Source of the DNA: Corynebacterium glutamicum ATCC 13032
GTDB lineage: Bacteria > Actinomycetota > Actinomycetes > Mycobacteriales > Mycobacteriaceae
NCBI RefSeq assembly: GCF_000011325.1
Contig: NC_003450.3
Location: forward strand, 1,440,001 to 1,472,000
Length of the DNA stretch: 32,000 nucleotides
Direction of reading: 5' to 3'
The notes under the pieces are model-generated. The model saw only the letters and a list, made by a program, of their open reading frames with translations. It was not told the origin of the DNA and did no database searches. A program made the translations under genes and the position numbers. Positions 30,061 through 32,000 of the stretch are shown here, piece by piece (positions within the stretch are counted from its first letter, which is position 1; every line of letters starts with the position of its first letter).

Positions 30061-30081
30061 GCTTGTTAATCGCTTGTTAAT
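30061..30081 (+). repeat. Perfect tandem duplication GCTTGTTAAT-c-GCTTGTTAAT in the argR-argG spacer
   Basis: Copies at 30061-30070 and 30072-30081. The second copy supplies TTGTTA (30074-30079), 16 nt upstream of TATAAC (30096-30101), which is a plausible argG promoter. Confidence 0.6.
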
Positions 30082-30210
30082 GCAGGCAGGTAAGGTATAA
30101 CCCGAGTGTTTTTTCGAGGAATACCAACCCTTTCAACACAATAATTTTCTTTAAACATCCTTGCTGTCCACCACGGCTGGCAAGGAACTTAAAATGAAGG
30201 AGCACACCTC

Positions 30211-31416
30211 ATGACTAACCGCATCGTTCTTGCATACTCCGGCGGTCTGGACACCACTGTGGCAATTCCATACCTGAAGAAGATGATTGATGGTGAAGTC
30301 ATCGCAGTTTCCCTCGACCTGGGCCAGGGTGGAGAGAACATGGACAACGTTCGCCAGCGTGCATTGGATGCCGGTGCAGCTGAGTCCATCGTTGTTGATG
30401 CAAAGGATGAGTTCGCTGAGGAGTACTGCCTGCCAACCATCAAGGCAAACGGCATGTACATGAAGCAGTACCCACTGGTTTCTGCAATCTCCCGCCCACT
30501 GATCGTCAAGCACCTCGTTGAGGCTGGCAAGCAGTTCAACGGTACCCACGTTGCACACGGCTGCACTGGTAAGGGCAACGACCAGGTTCGTTTCGAGGTC
30601 GGCTTCATGGACACCGATCCAAACCTGGAGATCATTGCACCTGCTCGTGACTTCGCATGGACCCGCGACAAGGCTATCGCCTTCGCCGAGGAGAACAACG
30701 TTCCAATCGAGCAGTCCGTGAAGTCCCCATTCTCCATCGACCAGAACGTCTGGGGCCGCGCTATTGAGACCGGTTACCTGGAAGATCTGTGGAATGCTCC
30801 AACCAAGGACATCTACGCATACACCGAGGATCCAGCTCTGGGTAACGCTCCAGATGAGGTCATCATCTCCTTCGAGGGTGGCAAGCCAGTCTCCATCGAT
30901 GGCCGTCCAGTCTCCGTACTGCAGGCTATTGAAGAGCTGAACCGTCGTGCAGGCGCACAGGGCGTTGGCCGCCTTGACATGGTTGAGGACCGTCTCGTGG
31001 GCATCAAGTCCCGCGAAATCTACGAAGCACCAGGCGCAATCGCACTGATTAAGGCTCACGAGGCTTTGGAAGATGTCACCATCGAGCGCGAACTGGCTCG
31101 CTACAAGCGCGGCGTTGACGCACGTTGGGCTGAGGAAGTATACGACGGCCTGTGGTTCGGACCTCTGAAGCGCTCCCTGGACGCGTTCATTGATTCCACC
31201 CAGGAGCACGTCACCGGCGATATCCGCATGGTTCTGCACGCAGGTTCCATCACCATCAATGGTCGTCGTTCCAGCCACTCCCTGTACGACTTCAACCTGG
31301 CTACCTACGACACCGGCGACACCTTCGACCAGACCCTGGCTAAGGGCTTTGTCCAGCTGCACGGTCTGTCCTCCAAGATCGCTAACAAGCGCGATCGCGA
31401 AGCTGGCAACAACTAA
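30211..31416 (+). CDS. argG: Argininosuccinate synthase
   Basis: 401-aa ORF with GAAGGAG upstream. It has the N-terminal ATP pyrophosphatase motif [11 protein letters not shown], plus [14 protein letters not shown] and SIDQNVWGR. Confidence 0.97.
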   Translation: MTNRIVLAYSGGLDTTVAIPYLKKMIDGEVIAVSLDLGQGGENMDNVRQRALDAGAAESIVVDAKDEFAEEYCLPTIKANGMYMKQYPLVSAISRPLIVKHLVEAGKQFNGTHVAHGCTGKGNDQVRFEVGFMDTDPNLEIIAPARDFAWTRDKAIAFAEENNVPIEQSVKSPFSIDQNVWGRAIETGYLEDLWNAPTKDIYAYTEDPALGNAPDEVIISFEGGKPVSIDGRPVSVLQAIEELNRRAGAQGVGRLDMVEDRLVGIKSREIYEAPGAIALIKAHEALEDVTIERELARYKRGVDARWAEEVYDGLWFGPLKRSLDAFIDSTQEHVTGDIRMVLHAGSITINGRRSSHSLYDFNLATYDTGDTFDQTLAKGFVQLHGLSSKIANKRDREAGNN

Positions 31417-31458
31417 GCCACCTTTTCAAGCATCCAGACTAGAACTTCAAGTATTTAG

Positions 31459-32000
<542 letters not shown>

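Overview
This window is mostly core chromosome of a high-GC actinobacterium. Gene order and protein sequences match what I remember for Corynebacterium glutamicum; this is recall and is not verified. Left to right: the 5' part of a HelD/UvrD-like helicase gene (-), a DoxX-type membrane protein with a repetitive hydrophilic tail (-), an MBL-fold hydrolase (-) divergent from uvrA (+) with a LexA-type box between them, and a large polytopic membrane protein (-). Next come infC-rpmI-rplT (+) behind a long structured leader, then a small lower-GC islet holding an orphan GIY-YIG nuclease (-) and a small acidic protein (+). After that are ugpAEBC (+), glpQ (-), a TrmH/SpoU methyltransferase (+), and pheS-pheT (+). 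A 0.5-kb repeat-rich spacer follows, then an SGNH hydrolase, AT3 acyltransferase and Ser/Pro-rich lipoprotein operon (+), and finally argCJBDFR, argG and the start of argH (+). I saw no tRNA, rRNA, CRISPR array, transposase, integrase or recognisable restriction, toxin-antitoxin or other defence cassette. I do not see a clear novel multi-gene system. The best candidates for a second look are: (1) the GIY-YIG plus small-protein islet; (2) the split OafA/OatA-like SGNH+AT3 module with its low-complexity lipoprotein; (3) phased GTGAAGTCG and CTCAATTT repeat arrays after pheT; (4) the infC leader/attenuator and a probable non-canonical ATC start; (5) phased repeats and hairpins in the ugpE-ugpB spacer. 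All coordinates and base pairings were worked out by hand, and all family assignments rest on motifs visible in the translations plus memory, not on searches.
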